Shown: positions 38,881-53,803, numbered from the stretch's first letter. The stretch: 64,000 nucleotides of DNA from Octopus vulgaris (GCA_951406725.2 OX597815.1:18972001-19036000); one strand, 5' to 3'. Numbers and translations are program-made. Notes: a model not told the origin generated them from the letters alone.

Positions 38881-40563
38881 ATACACCTAAACAACTATCC
38901 ACTTGTGCGTATGTGTATGTGTGTGTATATGTGTGCATGCGTGCATGTGTATGAATGAATGAAATGGTGTTTACAAACAAATGAACTATACAATACATAA
39001 AGATTACACGTTTTATTAGAAGCCAAAATATTTTTGAATAATTACTGTTACATAGGATGAAAAAGATTTTTGTTGCAATAGACTTCAGTTATTTTCTTCC
39101 CAAAGCTTGGATGCTTTGATCGTAGATGAGTAGTTAGAATTCCTGCTAATATGTCGGCGAGCACCGTTGGTTTTTGTTTCATATTTTTTGTACCAGGCTT
39201 CTAAGATCTATGTTTAATATCAGACAAAGTTCAGGCGACACCATTTAGGTAAGCGGTAGATAATCAATTGAGTATGACTAAAAGTTGTTAATTTAAAAAT
39301 TAGACCTCTATTCAGAGTCAACTCATAAGTAAAAATAGATGTTTTAATAGATGGAGTAGACTGACGAAAGAAAACTGTGAAAAATTTGTCACGCTGCATA
39401 TGCACGTGATCTGGTAAACTCGACCATTTTAATTTTCTTTAAATTTGTAAACGCGTGGTCATGATCATGGATAATATTAAAACAGAAAAAGAGAGAAAGT
39501 GAAAAGAGTGAATATGTACTTCACAATCTATATGTAATGAACAGACTATAAAGAAATATTGGTTTGGGGCTATACTCGTGCTTGCGTAGGCGCGATTATG
39601 TGTATTTTGACATGACAAAAGAGAAAAATTAGAAATTCTGAAATCAAACGTGTTGCTATCTTCCTACGACAATGTATAGAAATGAATGATTTTACTTGCT
39701 AATGTATTCAACTAGGATACAGTCTTCTGTTATATGTCATATCAATAAGTCTATGCAAATGTCAGTATCTATCTCTCCCTCTATATGTCTATTCCCCCTT
39801 TCTCTTTGTAAGGATATGAAACTCTACACGGAAAAGCTGACAGTGACTTCAAAGTTTCGGTATACTAATAGTCACCATACAAATCTAATGACATCCTTTA
39901 AGCTACAACTTCAAAGTTATTGTCAACTATTTTTTTAAAAATTAATAAATATGATACTTTGCTAAAAAGTATTGATTGGTCGTCCAACTTAATATTCAAC
40001 TGTTTTTATACATAACTGCATAAAAGAAAATACACATATATACTATTCCTTATATAATAAAAATAAACCAAGTAAAATGCACAGAATTGTTATGCTCGAT
40101 TATATATATATATATATATGTGTGTGTGTATTTTATGAAATGAAATATTTACATACTCGACCGGTTTCGCTGAAGCAAAGAATGATTAATTTTTTAGCGA
40201 TAATTTATAATTTCATAATAAGTTTTCATTCCACGTTAGTAGGATGAAGGTTATTTTGTAAATAAATCCGGAAGCAAATAGATTTTAAGGGAGCTAATCA
40301 GTAATTGCTATTATTAGAATCAGAGGAGGTAATTAACCATTTGTTTGGCTGGTGAATTAATTACATAGAGATTAAAGTGATATATATTTATAAACTAAAA
40401 TATTTACATAGTCCAAAATTCGTGATATTTTCATTTTTTTGATATTCTAATAAAAGCAATTCAATAACTAAATTATAACTTACACGTATTATAAACCCAT
40501 AGAAACGAAGCAATACCCACCCGCTAAATTTAGCGAAAAGAAATTGCACAATAATCTATATAT

Positions 40564-40645
40564 ATATGTGACAATTATTCGGCAGACATGATAAAACTCC
40601 GAGTTTCGGGTGTTTTATCATGGCTACCGAATAGTTGTCACATAT
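40564..40645. repeat. 82-bp hairpin next to (TA)n
   Basis: atatgtgacaattattcggcagacatgataaaac pairs with gttttatcatggctaccgaatagttgtcacatat (3 differences). Confidence 0.9.
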
Positions 40646-41059
40646 TATATTTACAGTTAAATTCCTCTATTTACATAATATCGAGGTCTCTTTCATTCTT
40701 TTGTTGTCATACCCTTTCAGTTAATATATATTTATATATAACAAATGATGTGTTATACGCATGCATTTCTACAGTTTTGAACCGATTTTCACCAAACTTT
40801 ACATACACAATTCTCTTTACTCACAACATTCATGTTATTTGGTAAGGCTTCATCAATGATCTGACAGTGTTTATCTATCTTATTCAAAATGACAATATCT
40901 GGTCGACAGTGTTCGATTACACGATCCGTCTGAAAATCATAGTCCTAGAGCATCGTTACTTTTCCATCCTCATGCATAACTTTACTTCGTACATACTCAT
41001 ACCAGTTCTCTATTACTTCATTTTGGTATTTACTACATAAGAGCCAATGAAGATAAACA

Positions 41060-42645
41060 CATACTTTACCGTGGTGGTGCTTGTATTCTTTTTGTACAAA
41101 GCTCTCCCAATTCACTTACCAAATGGGTCACATTTTCCACTCTTTTCCACAGAGTCTGCATTTCTGGGTGTCAGCAGTTTTATAGATGTTATACTTCACT
41201 GAATTGATAGCGAGAGGCTGGTCTAGGGCAGCAATGATCAGACTTTCGGTGGTACGTTTCAAATCACCTCGCTCAAGCCATGCCTACGATGCTGTATTAT
41301 CCTTAATGTCCTGTGTATACCTTTCAAACTGTCCATGTATTCTCAGTTCAAGAACGTCTCCTTTTCTCTTCTCCTCAGCTCTTTGGTTAAACTCTTCCTT
41401 GCTCATCATTTCATCTGTATTTACACCTATATCTTTCGTGGCATATTGCAGCAGGTCTTCATCACTATATACCAAATACTCGGCAAGCGTACTCCTTTCA
41501 CTCCTTATAAAATGGCCTATACCAGTTAGTCCTCTGCCACCATTCTTTCTTTTCATATACAGACTGTTTACATTTGCTTTAGGGTGTAGCGCCCCATGCA
41601 GCGTCATCAACTTTCTCGTCCTTACACCCGGTGTTGATATTTCCTACTTAGTCCATTTGAAGATGGACGCAGTTTATCTGACCACCGCAACTGGCCAGAC
41701 ATTCGTTGCGGTAATCAAATTTTTGACATTCAGGTTGGATTTCAACACCATCTTCACCCATTTTTAATACGCCTCTCTGACCTTGACCTTCATTTCTCTG
41801 TATTGAATGTCATCCAGCTTCAAAATTCCTAAATATCTATATCTACTACTGTCAGGTTCACCCATGGTCTCTCCTGATGGTAATCGCAATCCTAAGCAGA
41901 CTGTTTTCTTCCCTATTTTCATATTAAGTACTGAGCATTTGGTAATCCCAAATTCTATACCGATGTCCCCACCACACTTCTGCACTGTTTTGGTTAAGGA
42001 ATCTATCTGTTTTTCAGATTTCCCAAACAATTTCAGGTCATCCATAAACAGAAGATGGTTCAATAATGGGCCTTTCTTCTCACAGCGGTAACCCATCTTG
42101 ACTTTCCTAGGTATTATTGTTATGGGTATTAGTGAAATTACAAATAGTAACGGAGAAAACGAGTCGCCTTGAAAGATGCCCCTCTTGATATTAACTTCTC
42201 CAAGGAATACATTACTTGAGTACAATTTGGTTTTCCAGTCTTTCGTGCAATGCATCAGACAATTTGCGATGTGTTCAACAACGCCAAACCACTGCAGGCA
42301 TTCACCGATCCCAAAATAAGGCATTATATCATATGCATTCTTAAAGTCAATCCAAGCCATAGACATGTTTGTATGATATTCTTACAATGCCTCAAAACTG
42401 ATTTATCTATGACAAGGTGATCCTTGGTATCCTAAGAACTCTTCCTATATCCTTTTGTTCCCTTGGTAGTATTTCTTCCTGTGCTAGGAAAGTGTGTATT
42501 TGCTACACATATTCCAGTCAGGTTCATCCAGATTATGTTTAGGCATGCTATGGTACGGTAGTTTCCCCACAATATTCCCCTTTCTTCTATCTTTCATTGT
42601 AAGTGTTGTCCTCCAAGTCATCATCCGCGCGGGCACTATACCTTT
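41060..42645 (-). mobile_element. Non-LTR retrotransposon pseudogene, R4/Dong-like (RLE-type) reverse transcriptase plus start of the zinc knuckle
   Basis: Motifs NYRTIACL, AWIDFKNAYD, RGIFQGDSFSPLLF, NHLLFMDDLKL, EFGITKC, YRYLGI, HPKANVNSLYMKRKNGGRGL, HGQF, DLKRTTESLIIAA, CRLCGK..E...H; frameshifts and stops. Confidence 0.92.
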
Positions 42646-43017
42646 CTATACACACTCGGATTCTACACGATTTGTCAAGTACATTGCCGACGATTGTCCA
42701 TTAATATAAGACAAAATAAACACTTAAAAGGCGAATCATAAACAGGCAACAAAAAGTACAGTATAATGTACACAAATACGGTGGCAGACAAAACCGGTTG
42801 CTGAGTGTATTGAACTAATATACTTCCAGCTTTGCTAGCATGAACTTTCCTATGAGTTATAGTTTTAGATAGCCATCGAAATTATGCTGGGGTATCTCCA
42901 CCGGATTATTTTTATTTATTTATTTTGCTGAATTTCTGAGGACGATATTGATTAGGCGAACCTGATTTTGATGATGATTGAATCGTCAACGACCTTACCA
43001 TGAACACATGCACAGAC

Positions 43018-43075
<58 letters not shown>

Positions 43076-43077
<2 letters not shown>

Positions 43078-43128
43078 TCTTTTACTTGTTTCAATCATTT
43101 GACTGCAGCCATACTGGAGCACCGTCTT
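43076..43128 (-). mobile_element. SINE family A 3' tail fragment
   Basis: ctcttttacttgtttcaatcatttgactgcagccatactggagcaccg. Confidence 0.8.
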
Positions 43129-43195
<67 letters not shown>

Positions 43196-43196
43196 T

Positions 43197-43232
<36 letters not shown>

Positions 43233-43526
43233 GGAAATCACGTGCGATTACAAAAGATGTAGACCTCAATATCTTTGGGAATATAGGACTGAATTTTCTA
43301 AATGATACAAGTTTGGAAGAATATCAGATTATGCACATTAGCATTATAATTGTGTTTTAATTACGTTGCTAATGTGCACCAAACTTGCAGAAACTCATGG
43401 CATGCATCGATCATTGAATATTTCACACAGAAACTGGAAGTCTTGAATGTGTCACTTATAAATAATACATATATACATACATAAACATGTGCGTGTGTAA
43501 GTGTGTGCAAGTGTGTGTGTGCAGGT

Positions 43527-43578
<52 letters not shown>

Positions 43579-43621
43579 TTATGAATTTGTGTTGCAAGTT
43601 TCCTGAAACTGTGCGTTGAAA

Positions 43622-44026
43622 CATATATCATTATATTTCAAGAATTTTATCCCTCCCCACCACTACCAAATAGACACACGCACTATATATTCGTTCTTCA
43701 AACGTTTATTATTGTTCTTATTTCATCTTATATCCATTGCCTGGAAATCTTTCCTCATACGTATGTGACCTCTTCAGCGACCCTTTCTATTCACGTGTAA
43801 CCCCCTGCTCCGCTTGGTCCATTCAGAATGGAAAGAGTCACTGAAGCGGCCACAGATGTATGGCGAAAGATTTCCTGGCAATAGACATAAGACACATAAA
43901 GATAAATAAATAAATAGATATAAGATAAATAAAATTAAAAAAAACGAATGAAGAATGAATATACAGTGCGTGTGTTTATTTGACAAGAAAGAATGACCAT
44001 CCAGAAATATAACAATGATTTATATG
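43622..44026. mobile_element. Old foldback cassette with hammerhead-like motif on both arms
   Basis: caaatagacacacgcactatatattcgttcttca and tcttatatccattgcctggaaatctttcctcatac...ctttctattc are inverted across a centre at about 43810; ctgaagcg-gcca...tggc-gaaa (+) and ctgaagag-gtca...tgag-gaaa (-). Confidence 0.7.
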
Positions 44027-44517
44027 AAAGAGTATGAGGATATGCTTATCGGTTGGTCTTTCTCTCACAAGTATACAATTGTTCGATTGTATGTAAGATT
44101 CTATTGTATGCGAATTTGTGCATATGTGAGATTGTAGTTATATATGTTAGAATATATGACCATATCAGCAGCAGAAAGTCTACACTTAGGTGTGTATACG
44201 TTTGTTTTTTCATGTGAGCACTGGTGTCTGATAAGGTATGCAAATATGAATGCATCTGTATAACTGTATGTGTGCGCTTATTCGCGGATAATATCATATC
44301 ATATCCGTTGTGTATTCACCATTTATAATTAACCGCTTAAATCAGTTATCTTTACTCATTGTCACATATCTGATCGTTCGTCCGTGGAAGGAGATATGCT
44401 TCACTGGCTGGCAACAAACAAGTTTGCTTTTTCAATATTCATTTAATCTGGATGCGAGGAAAGAAGGACCTCTCATATGTAGGTGTTTAGAGCTCTCAAC
44501 AGTTCCGCGTACGAGGT

Positions 44518-44589
<72 letters not shown>

Positions 44590-45792
44590 CATACATACAT
44601 ACATAAATGCATGCATGCATACATAAATACATATGTATATATATATACATATTTGAATTGTATTCATACATATATATTTATATACACACATATACATATA
44701 TAATTGCAAGTACGTATATATATATATATGTACGTGCATTAGTGTGTACGGTCCGTATGATTATATATAACTCTAAAATGCATGGATGTGCAGCGTTCCT
44801 TTCAGGCAGTGAAAGTTAAGAAGAGTTAAATATAGGGAAGCAATAAAAAAAATAGAGAAGAAATGAACCTAATCAACGAGATATGCGTGAATATGTGCGT
44901 CCGTACGAGTGCGTGCATGCGTGTGTATGTATGTGTGTGTGTGTGTGTATGTGTATGTGTGTGTATGTGTGTGTGTGTGTGTGCGCGTGTGTATGTGTGC
45001 GTGTTTTACATCTGAAAGGAAAGGATTCAGGCGACAGACAAGTCGGATTTATATCAATGAAAGGCAAATATGCTACCTTTCTAAGGAGGAAAAGATATTC
45101 TTTTCACATTCATCGATAAGGTTGGAATTGTAAAATATTGATTATATTGATTTTTCTTACACATCTTTATGTGTCCTAGATATCAGTTCGATATGGTAGC
45201 AAATAACGAAATGTTGATGGCTGGTTTTCCCGAAAACTAAATAGCATCCAGTGCAAAGACATCTCTGTCTCGTATTTGCAATCCAGTTAACCCATTAAAA
45301 ACAAAAGAAAACTATTGTCATATAGGGATAGGCTTATAGATTCCTACAGATACAAAGGAGTCTAAGGCTACGTTCGAATTTTACCATCAGCATGGAAATG
45401 TTAAACGAGCATGATCTAGTCTATTCTTCTTTGAAGAATTTTTCATATTTAATTTAGGAGCACCTTGGCGTTAGTTTAAGACGTCTTATTGATCGAAGTG
45501 ATATTTTTCGTTGTTTAGGATGCTCCACATTTATTGCAGACTACCTCGTATTATACATAGGTCCACGAGCATGCTTTGACGTCGTTGATGGTATACTTGG
45601 TGAATTTGCACCCCAGGATGCTTTATGTGGAATTCTTCCTCGACAGAACTTTCTTCAGGGATGGACCAGTGTGTACCAACTGTATGTTAAGTCCCTTATG
45701 AAGCTTACACATATCTTCACATACGGCTTTCCCAAGAAATTATTTCTATCTCAGACCTCACATTACTTCACCGAAACTACCACATTATATAA

Positions 45793-45845
<53 letters not shown>

Positions 45846-45869
45846 TCAAATAAATATAATTAAAATTAG

Positions 45870-46475
45870 GCACTTAAATTGTGGCACCTTGCCAATTCGA
45901 TATAGTCCGCACACCCCAACAATATCATTTGAATACTGAATATCAAGACTCCGTGTAGGGGTGTTTCTACTTAATATCCCTATCTAATGAGAAGACATAT
46001 ATGTATAAAACTTAGATATTTTTCCAGACCATGTGTAACTTAATAGCACCACCTGATAGGCTTATCTAAATCCTTTTTAAGTCAAGTTTTGTTTATGGTC
46101 CATTTAAGTGGGTTCTTGTTGAGTGAGTTGTATCCAGGTATTGGTGGCTTATCTGATATTCCTTGAAGACGTCTGTACAGACTCCGTTTAAAGGTGATGG
46201 GATCATTTTCCTCTTTAATCAGTTTTGGGACAATGTTAAGCAGGGCAGAGTCTGTTGAGGAAAATACATTATGTCGCAGTGCACCTATATGTTGTGATCC
46301 TGAATTGGGCAGTGGACGTATGGCCCGTGGTCCCAGCCTTGGTTGAAACTTGAGACTAATGTTCAGGTCGTTTGGGCAACGCTGGCAGTATTTTCTCCGC
46401 ATCGTACAAATGATGTACCACTCGCTGCGGCGCTGGAGAGAGTAGAGTTTCAAGGCTTTAAGGTGGTCCCAAATC
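45870..46475 (-). mobile_element. CR1-group LINE 3' end (ORF2 C-terminus plus 3' UTR)
   Basis: LKLYSLQRR...LLNIVP...FKRSL...ISDKPPIPGY matches the CR1-type tail LxSLxRRR...LFNxLP...FKxxLD...PDxP. Confidence 0.8.
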
Positions 46476-47859
46476 CAATAAATATATCCTTACCCAGCTT
46501 GTCTTTACTGTGACCAACGATGGATCCTCCTACACCGTAGATTATCTTGGGTAACAGGCGCCCAAACATCTTTCAATTATATGAAAAGACCCTGGAAAAA
46601 TGCAGAAGGTCACGTCTGATATGCCTTCGATCATAGGCCATGTCTGGATTGATTTAGTTACCGTGCATTAAACAAATCTGCATTTTATTTGAAGAATTTG
46701 ACCCTCTTTGTATTAGTAAAGATATTCAGTAGAAACACATGAAAGACTTGCTAAATGGAGGTTAGTATATAAACTAACTGATCATGTGTGGACCAATATA
46801 TGAACTCATATAATGTTTAAGACTTTTGAGATTGTAATAAAAATAAAATAGTCGTATCGTCCCAGCCGAAGGACTACGTGCACTTGTAAACACATTTTTT
46901 CTGAACATAATTGTTTTATATGACTGAATTTAGATTTTCCCAACACATACGCAAACATAAACACACATTCACACACAGATCCACAAGCATACACACGGAT
47001 ACTTACAGAAAGATATAACTTAAACACTTCTTTGATATCAGGTAAAATTCAAGGCAATAGCAATTTCCAGGTAGAAAATCAAATTTATTTTCTAAAATAA
47101 TTTTGGCTCGTTTACAACGATACGAGTATCTTGAAGTAATTTATTTGACTGTATTATTTTGAGGTAGCTACATACGTTCTAAATTTGTAACTTTCAAAAT
47201 AAATTAATAACTTCATTCAATGAAATTTGAAGAGACATAGCGGTTAATATTAACTCTAATTTGGTCAGTTATTGCTCTAAGAATATACATACAGACTAAG
47301 AAATTTGCATTCCAGTAAGATCAATGGTGTGGTGAAAATATTCGATAATTATTGATATATTTGCATTTACATAAAATTATATATCAAAACGGTCAATCAT
47401 TAAATTGGTGGATAAAAAGTATTTGTTATATTTTTGACAAGGAAAACGCTGAGAATTACTTCGAAGTTTCGTCTAGCTATGTGCCATGATGAAGTCTGTT
47501 GATGGCTATTAAACAGGAACTTTGGAGTAACTGTCATATTTTCCCTTTAAATATATACAAACTCTCATGGATGGATGGATGGATGGATGGATGGATGGAT
47601 GGATGAAAGGATGGAAGGATGGATGGAAGGATTGATGGATGAGCATCAATCATGTATAACACCTCATTACAGAATGTGCAATGTGAAATGAAGTGCTTTG
47701 CTCCTGGACGTAGCGTTCCACCAGGTTCATGAATTGAACCTATAACCTTATTATAATGAGCTGAACACTATTATCAACAACGCTACACACCTTCATACAT
47801 CGCATTTATTCTTTCTATGTATGTATGTATGTATGTATGTATGTATGTATGTATGTATG

Positions 47860-47940
<81 letters not shown>

Positions 47941-47945
47941 GACTT

Positions 47946-47989
<44 letters not shown>

Positions 47990-50900
47990 TCTCTCTCTCT
48001 CACATACACACACATACACGCACACACTGACACACATAGGAATATGTATTTTCTGTGTTGGCATTAATTACCATTCATTAATTAGATCTTTTCATCCGAC
48101 GCTTTTCCAACGTAATCATCTCATTATTTTTTCAGGCGGAATATATTTAGTGTTACACAATCCTACGTGTCATTGACATAAGATTTTATTTTAAGACAAA
48201 CAATGTTAGTTAAGGTATATTAGGCAGCCATTTTACAGTAGGTTCACTCTGTTGAGGCTACCTTCTTGACTACATGTACGACGCTGATCTCTTAGTCTAT
48301 ACATTCATTACCGTTTCAATAAGGCGTACTCTCTCGCCTACAATCACTTTCTTTTCTCTCTTTCTTTATGTTCCATGTCTACTTGCATCGGTGCGCATGG
48401 CCCTCCATGCGAGAATTTGAAGATGCTTGATTTTTCTTGGGAAACTTGAAGCACCAGTTTCTCAATCATTGTTTATTTGAAGCTTGCTATGCTACTTTCT
48501 TGATCTTCCGAACTTACTCTAATCCTTAAAGTAGGCCCTTCGTATCAAGAGTAAGTCAGGTGTATTTGGGTTTGTCCATACATCAAGAGATCCAGTGCGA
48601 CACATGGCTAGGTGGCCAACCGTCTACCTAGTCCTGTACACCATAGACCACAGAACCATCCGCGGCTGTTTATTCCATTAATGGTACCCTTGTCTCGTAC
48701 TACAGCTCTGAACAAAGGAACCTGGAAACAATAGTGACTAAAAATTAACCCAGCAGTTCTGAACAATATAAATTGGAGCCTCAATGTTTTGTGCAGGCTT
48801 TCACATGTAATGCAGATTTCAGCTGAGGGTCAATCCAGCTTTCAGATATAATCATGCAAAATTATATAATTCTACAGTCAGCAATGCGATTGCAAACATC
48901 TGTTCTTCTGTGATGCCATATTATTCATATCAATGACATTTTGCATTAGTAAGTAAATGCAAATTTGTAGAGGAGAGTCTCTAGTGCATATGCGGGAAGA
49001 TTTTTAAGCACTGAAATTAACTGCCATTTGACAAGGCAGGCAGTTAATTCAGAGAAACTATCAGAAAATGTTAAGAAACATGCTAAGTTTTAGAATAGAA
49101 GTCAGCCTTAACAGAATATTCTATTCCTTTTCATGTGTTTCGCCGTGTTTATATGAGATATGCGTTGAAATCTCATCAATAACCTATAAAATGTTAGGTC
49201 TGAAGAAGATATATTTAGTCACTTATCCTCAACAGTATTTGTATCCGAAGATAGATGGACAAAAGTAAGAACTATAGTAAATTTAATCCGAGCAGTCGTA
49301 ATTTCTGCATGTTACACCACTTCTATGTATAGAAGTCATAGATGTCATTTGCAAGAGACTATGGCCTGGTGGCATGCGTCATTCGATCACTAATTGTTTT
49401 AGATGTTTATGTAGTTGCGATCAGTCATAGACATCTTTTCGGCTCTTCTCATCCTTTTATCCTACGAAATATCGAGAATGTGACTGCTGTGGAGAGAGTG
49501 AGTAATAATTGTACTTGACTGGTCCTCATTTTCAGCCGAGTAGACTGAGGCAATGTGAAGTGAGATACATTATTGAAGGACATATTGCGTCTTCCATTCC
49601 AGAAACTGAAATTATGACATCGTGACCTTGAGACCAACATCTTAAGCTTTAGGTTGTATAGCTTTACACATATAAATAATGACATGTTCACTTCAATCGG
49701 AAATGTAATTTGGTGGTCATTTAACACTCTGCATCTGTCAGTGTTAAAACTGAAATACACAAGTGTGATCTGACACAGTTGAACAAAATACGCTAATGAA
49801 TTATATGTTCAATACTTTCACACAATTACGTTGAAGTTGCTGAGTGTCAAATGTCTTAGGCTGTTTACTTTTTCTCTTTTAGATCTAAGATTGGTTTTGA
49901 TATGTGGAAAAATAATTGTTGAATCAAAGCAAGTCCAAGTGTACTAAGACATCCAACGATTTTTGACAAGGAACATGAAGGAAGAGAATTAAATATATGC
50001 TAATTAATGGCTTGCAATAATATGACTTCACAGTATAATAGTACTACGCTGTTAGTTTAATCGTTCTTTCTCAATAAGTTCGACAAATGGAATATAGGAA
50101 TTTTTTAGATTACTGAAATGACTTAAGTATTTTAATAATTTCTGTATATGTTATGGTTACGAAACTAATTTAATTGCAAAAGCGTTTCAGAACAATCATT
50201 GACCAATATATAAATTGTGAATAAGGAAACAAATGTCTTTCAAAAGCAAGAAATAAACGATTCAGAAGCTGATCTTTATCTACAACCTAACGTAGAAGCT
50301 GCGTATTTTACCTTGAGGGAACCTCCTTTATGGGCTCGTGGCACAGAAATGCGCAGTTATTTATATCGCTGAGAGGGGAGAACTGTCTGCTACAGCCGCC
50401 GGAGCTATCAGTTCACGTGACTTCGCTTTGTTTTGAGCTCCTCAGAGGCAGATATCTGGTCATGTCATAACAGCCGATTCTCTAGTCAACGATATAATAG
50501 GATATCAGTTTCTGATCACGTACTGGTGGTGCAAATAGTTAATGGGATTATTAAATATATAATTAATAGTTTTTATACACCACGATCGCATATGAGACAT
50601 TCTCTCAATGTAAATGACACAGTATTCTGAGTTCTCACACAAATACCATATTAAGTTGAAGATCAAGATTACTTTCTGATTTTCATGGTTCTTCTGTTGC
50701 TATTAATAATTACTTCTTCTATTATATATATATAATATAATAAGAGTAAATAATAGCTTTAATGGTTTAAAAAAAAACAACAACAATTATTTACTGGTAG
50801 ATTTCGGTATGTAAATATAACCATTAAGGGTAGGAACCTCTATAAAAGTTCAACATATATTTTGTATATAAATAAAAGAGGCAGGCAACAGGTTGCTAAG

Positions 50901-51017
50901 AAACCTATATATATATATATATATGTTTTATTTATATTCCTGAGCGCCATACTAATACAATTGTTTGTTTATATTCCACCTGCCTTCGTCTTTTGTTTAT
51001 TTTCATAAAGCTTCCCG

Positions 51018-51050
<33 letters not shown>

Positions 51051-51052
<2 letters not shown>

Positions 51053-51569
51053 AGAGTAAGCGCATAAATGCGAAATAAGGTGGGAAAATAGTACTCGAAT
51101 GCCAGAGGTAGAGTAATATGCTTTATTAAAAAGCAGCAAAAATATCACAAAAACTTCTACTCAGAGTTTCACGTTCCCATCCGTCGGAGTTTTGTTTAGG
51201 ATGAGACAAAAATAAGGTTATAAGCAAACATATACAATTAGTTTAATGGAAACACATTTGAAAATTGTTTTGTTTCATTGGCCCTTTCTGCTAACGGTCT
51301 TTACAATGACCGGTTGCATGCGATTTTTTGATTTAAGGTATTCTTCAATTTTATAACAAGATGATTTTATACGGTATTTGTTCATTGCATGCAACCCGTC
51401 ATTGTAAAGACGGTTAGTTGAAAGGACCGATGAAGCAAAACCATTTTCAAATGTATATCCATTAAACTAATTGTATATGTTTGGATATCACCTTATTTTC
51501 GTTTCATTCTAAACAAAACTGTCCGACGAACAGGATATTTTGTGATATCTTTGCTGCTTTTTAATAAAG

Positions 51570-51570
<1 letters not shown>
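51051..51570. mobile_element. Penelope-like inverted pLTR cassette (same family as 19.4 kb), hammerheads decayed
   Basis: Arms 51121-51323 and 51384-51569; the unpaired tail 51051-51120 is the reverse complement of 19508-19578; gagtttcacgttccc and aaaactgtccgacgaac remnants; (TA)n on both sides. Confidence 0.82.
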
Positions 51571-51634
<64 letters not shown>

Positions 51635-51661
51635 ATATATATACATACATATACATATATA

Positions 51662-51895
51662 ATGCGTGTGTGTGTGTGTCTGTATTTGTCCCCCACCATC
51701 GCCTGACAACCGATGTTGATGTGTTCACGTCCCCGTATCTTAGCGGTTCGGCAAAAGACACCGATACAATAAATACTACGCTTACAAATAATAAGTCATG
51801 GGATCGATTTCTTCGACTAAAACACCCCTTTAAGGCGGTGCTCCAACATTATCGCAGTCATATGACTGAAACAAGTAAAAGAATAAAAGAATAAA
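51662..51895 (+). mobile_element. SINE family A 3' half
   Basis: tttgtcccccaccatcgcctgacaaccgatg...gactgaaacaagtaaaagaataaaa. Confidence 0.88.
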
Positions 51896-51925
51896 ATGAC
51901 ACGTACACGCACACACACACACACA

Positions 51926-52016
<91 letters not shown>

Positions 52017-52826
52017 GGTGCGAACATATGGTGGGAGTATACAGAAACAAACATATCTAAGAATGATCCTAAATTTATAGCATTCGAAAATTTAAACATT
52101 TCATAGATTTTAAAGAATTTATTGAGAGAACAGAAAGTGCTTTGTAGAAATCAATATTTTGCTATAGGTACAATCTTTGATAACGTCCTACTTTAAACAT
52201 GTTGGATCACAAATTGAATATCAATAACCATTGATGTTTTGATTGCTTTGATTGATTTCGTTCCTAACTATTTTAACGTCCCGTTTTATATTTTATTATT
52301 GTTCTACTAACTACTGTATTGACCACAGTTTTATAACTATAGATGTTAGAAAATTGTTTTTTGTTAACTTTTAACATATAGTGATATATCATCGCAGCTT
52401 TCCCTTTAGAAAAATGGAATTAACTCAATAATCGTTAAAGCAAAACAGCAAAGATGGAGGAGATATAATAAGAATTAAGAATACATTTTTAAGTTATTGT
52501 GTGGCAAGGTAATGTGCAAAAATATTTGATGGAGTAAGTAATGGTCTGTAGATATATCAACTATTAGCTGCATAATAGTTGAATGTATCCTTTATATAGA
52601 CATAACTAATTACATAAAAGATGTATGTGTGTGTGTGTGTGTGTGTTTCAGAATTCTCCTATCGAAAATGTTTTTTGTTATGTATCTATTCATATAACAT
52701 CTATTTTTTATTCTTGTTTATATTTAAGACTATCCAAGGTGACAATTACTTTATTCTCTATGCATTCATTTACTGATAACATGAAAGCAACTGCATAAAT
52801 TATCGTTATTGTTATCATTATTATTA

Positions 52827-52902
<76 letters not shown>

Positions 52903-52929
52903 CATTATTATTATCATTACTACTACTAT

Positions 52930-53062
52930 TTTTGCCTTTCATCCTTTCGAGGTCGATAAATAAAGTACCAGTTCTGCACTGGGGTCGATGTAATCGACTT
53001 AATCCCTTTATCTGTCTTTGTTTGCCCCCTCTGTATGTAGTCCCTTGTGAGCAGTAAAGAAA
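52930..53062 (+). mobile_element. SINE family B 3' half after (ATT)n
   Basis: tttgcctttcatcctttcgaggtcgataaataaagtacca...cccttgtgagcagtaaagaaa. Confidence 0.85.
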
Positions 53063-53274
53063 TATATTATTATTATGATACAGTATAAACCCTGTCTATT
53101 ACGCGAAAATATCTCCCCTATTCAGCGGACATGAGACTAGGCATCAGCGATAATATCCAGTTGAGAAACCTAGTAAGAATTACTTATAATTTCAGTTTGG
53201 ATATAAAAATGAGTGGGATTAACTACTATATGAAGAGGAAAATTAACTAAAAGTGATAGTATTAACTTACACTT

Positions 53275-53298
<24 letters not shown>

Positions 53299-53305
<7 letters not shown>

Positions 53306-53699
53306 TTGTTTCAGTCATTTGACTGCGGCCATGCTGGAGCACCGCCTTTAGTCGAACAAATCAATCCCGGGGACTTACTTTTTGTAAGCCCGGTACTTAT
53401 TCTATCGGTCTCTTTTGCCGAACCGCTAAGTGACGGGGACGTAAACACACTAGCATCGGTTGTCAAGCAATGCTAGGGAGACAAACACAGACAAACAAAC
53501 ACATACACACACATACATACACATATATATATACATATATATACGACAGGCTTCTTTCAGTTTCCGTCTGCCAAATCCACTCACAAGGCATCGGTCGGCC
53601 CGGGGCTATAGCAGAAGACACTTGCCCAAGATGCCACGCAGTGAGACTGAACCCGGAACCATGTGGTTGGTAAACAAGCTACTTACCACACAGCCACAC
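53299..53699 (-). mobile_element. SINE family A, full length
   Basis: ttacttgtttcagtcatttgactgcggcc...ctacttaccacacagccac. Confidence 0.92.
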
Positions 53700-53803
53700 A
53701 GCCACTTAAATAGATGTAGATTAAATCCATTCAAAAATATAATCAGTGCTAGATGAAACAATTAAAACACAATACACTTAAACGAAAGAGAAAATTAAGA
53801 ATA

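Noticed and set aside
41186-41767. 193-aa plus-strand ORF
   Set aside because: Antisense shadow of the R4/Dong-like RT pseudogene.
47487-47535. Hammerhead-like string catgatgaag...gaactttggagtaac
   Set aside because: Both core halves are mutated and stem I is absent; too weak to call.
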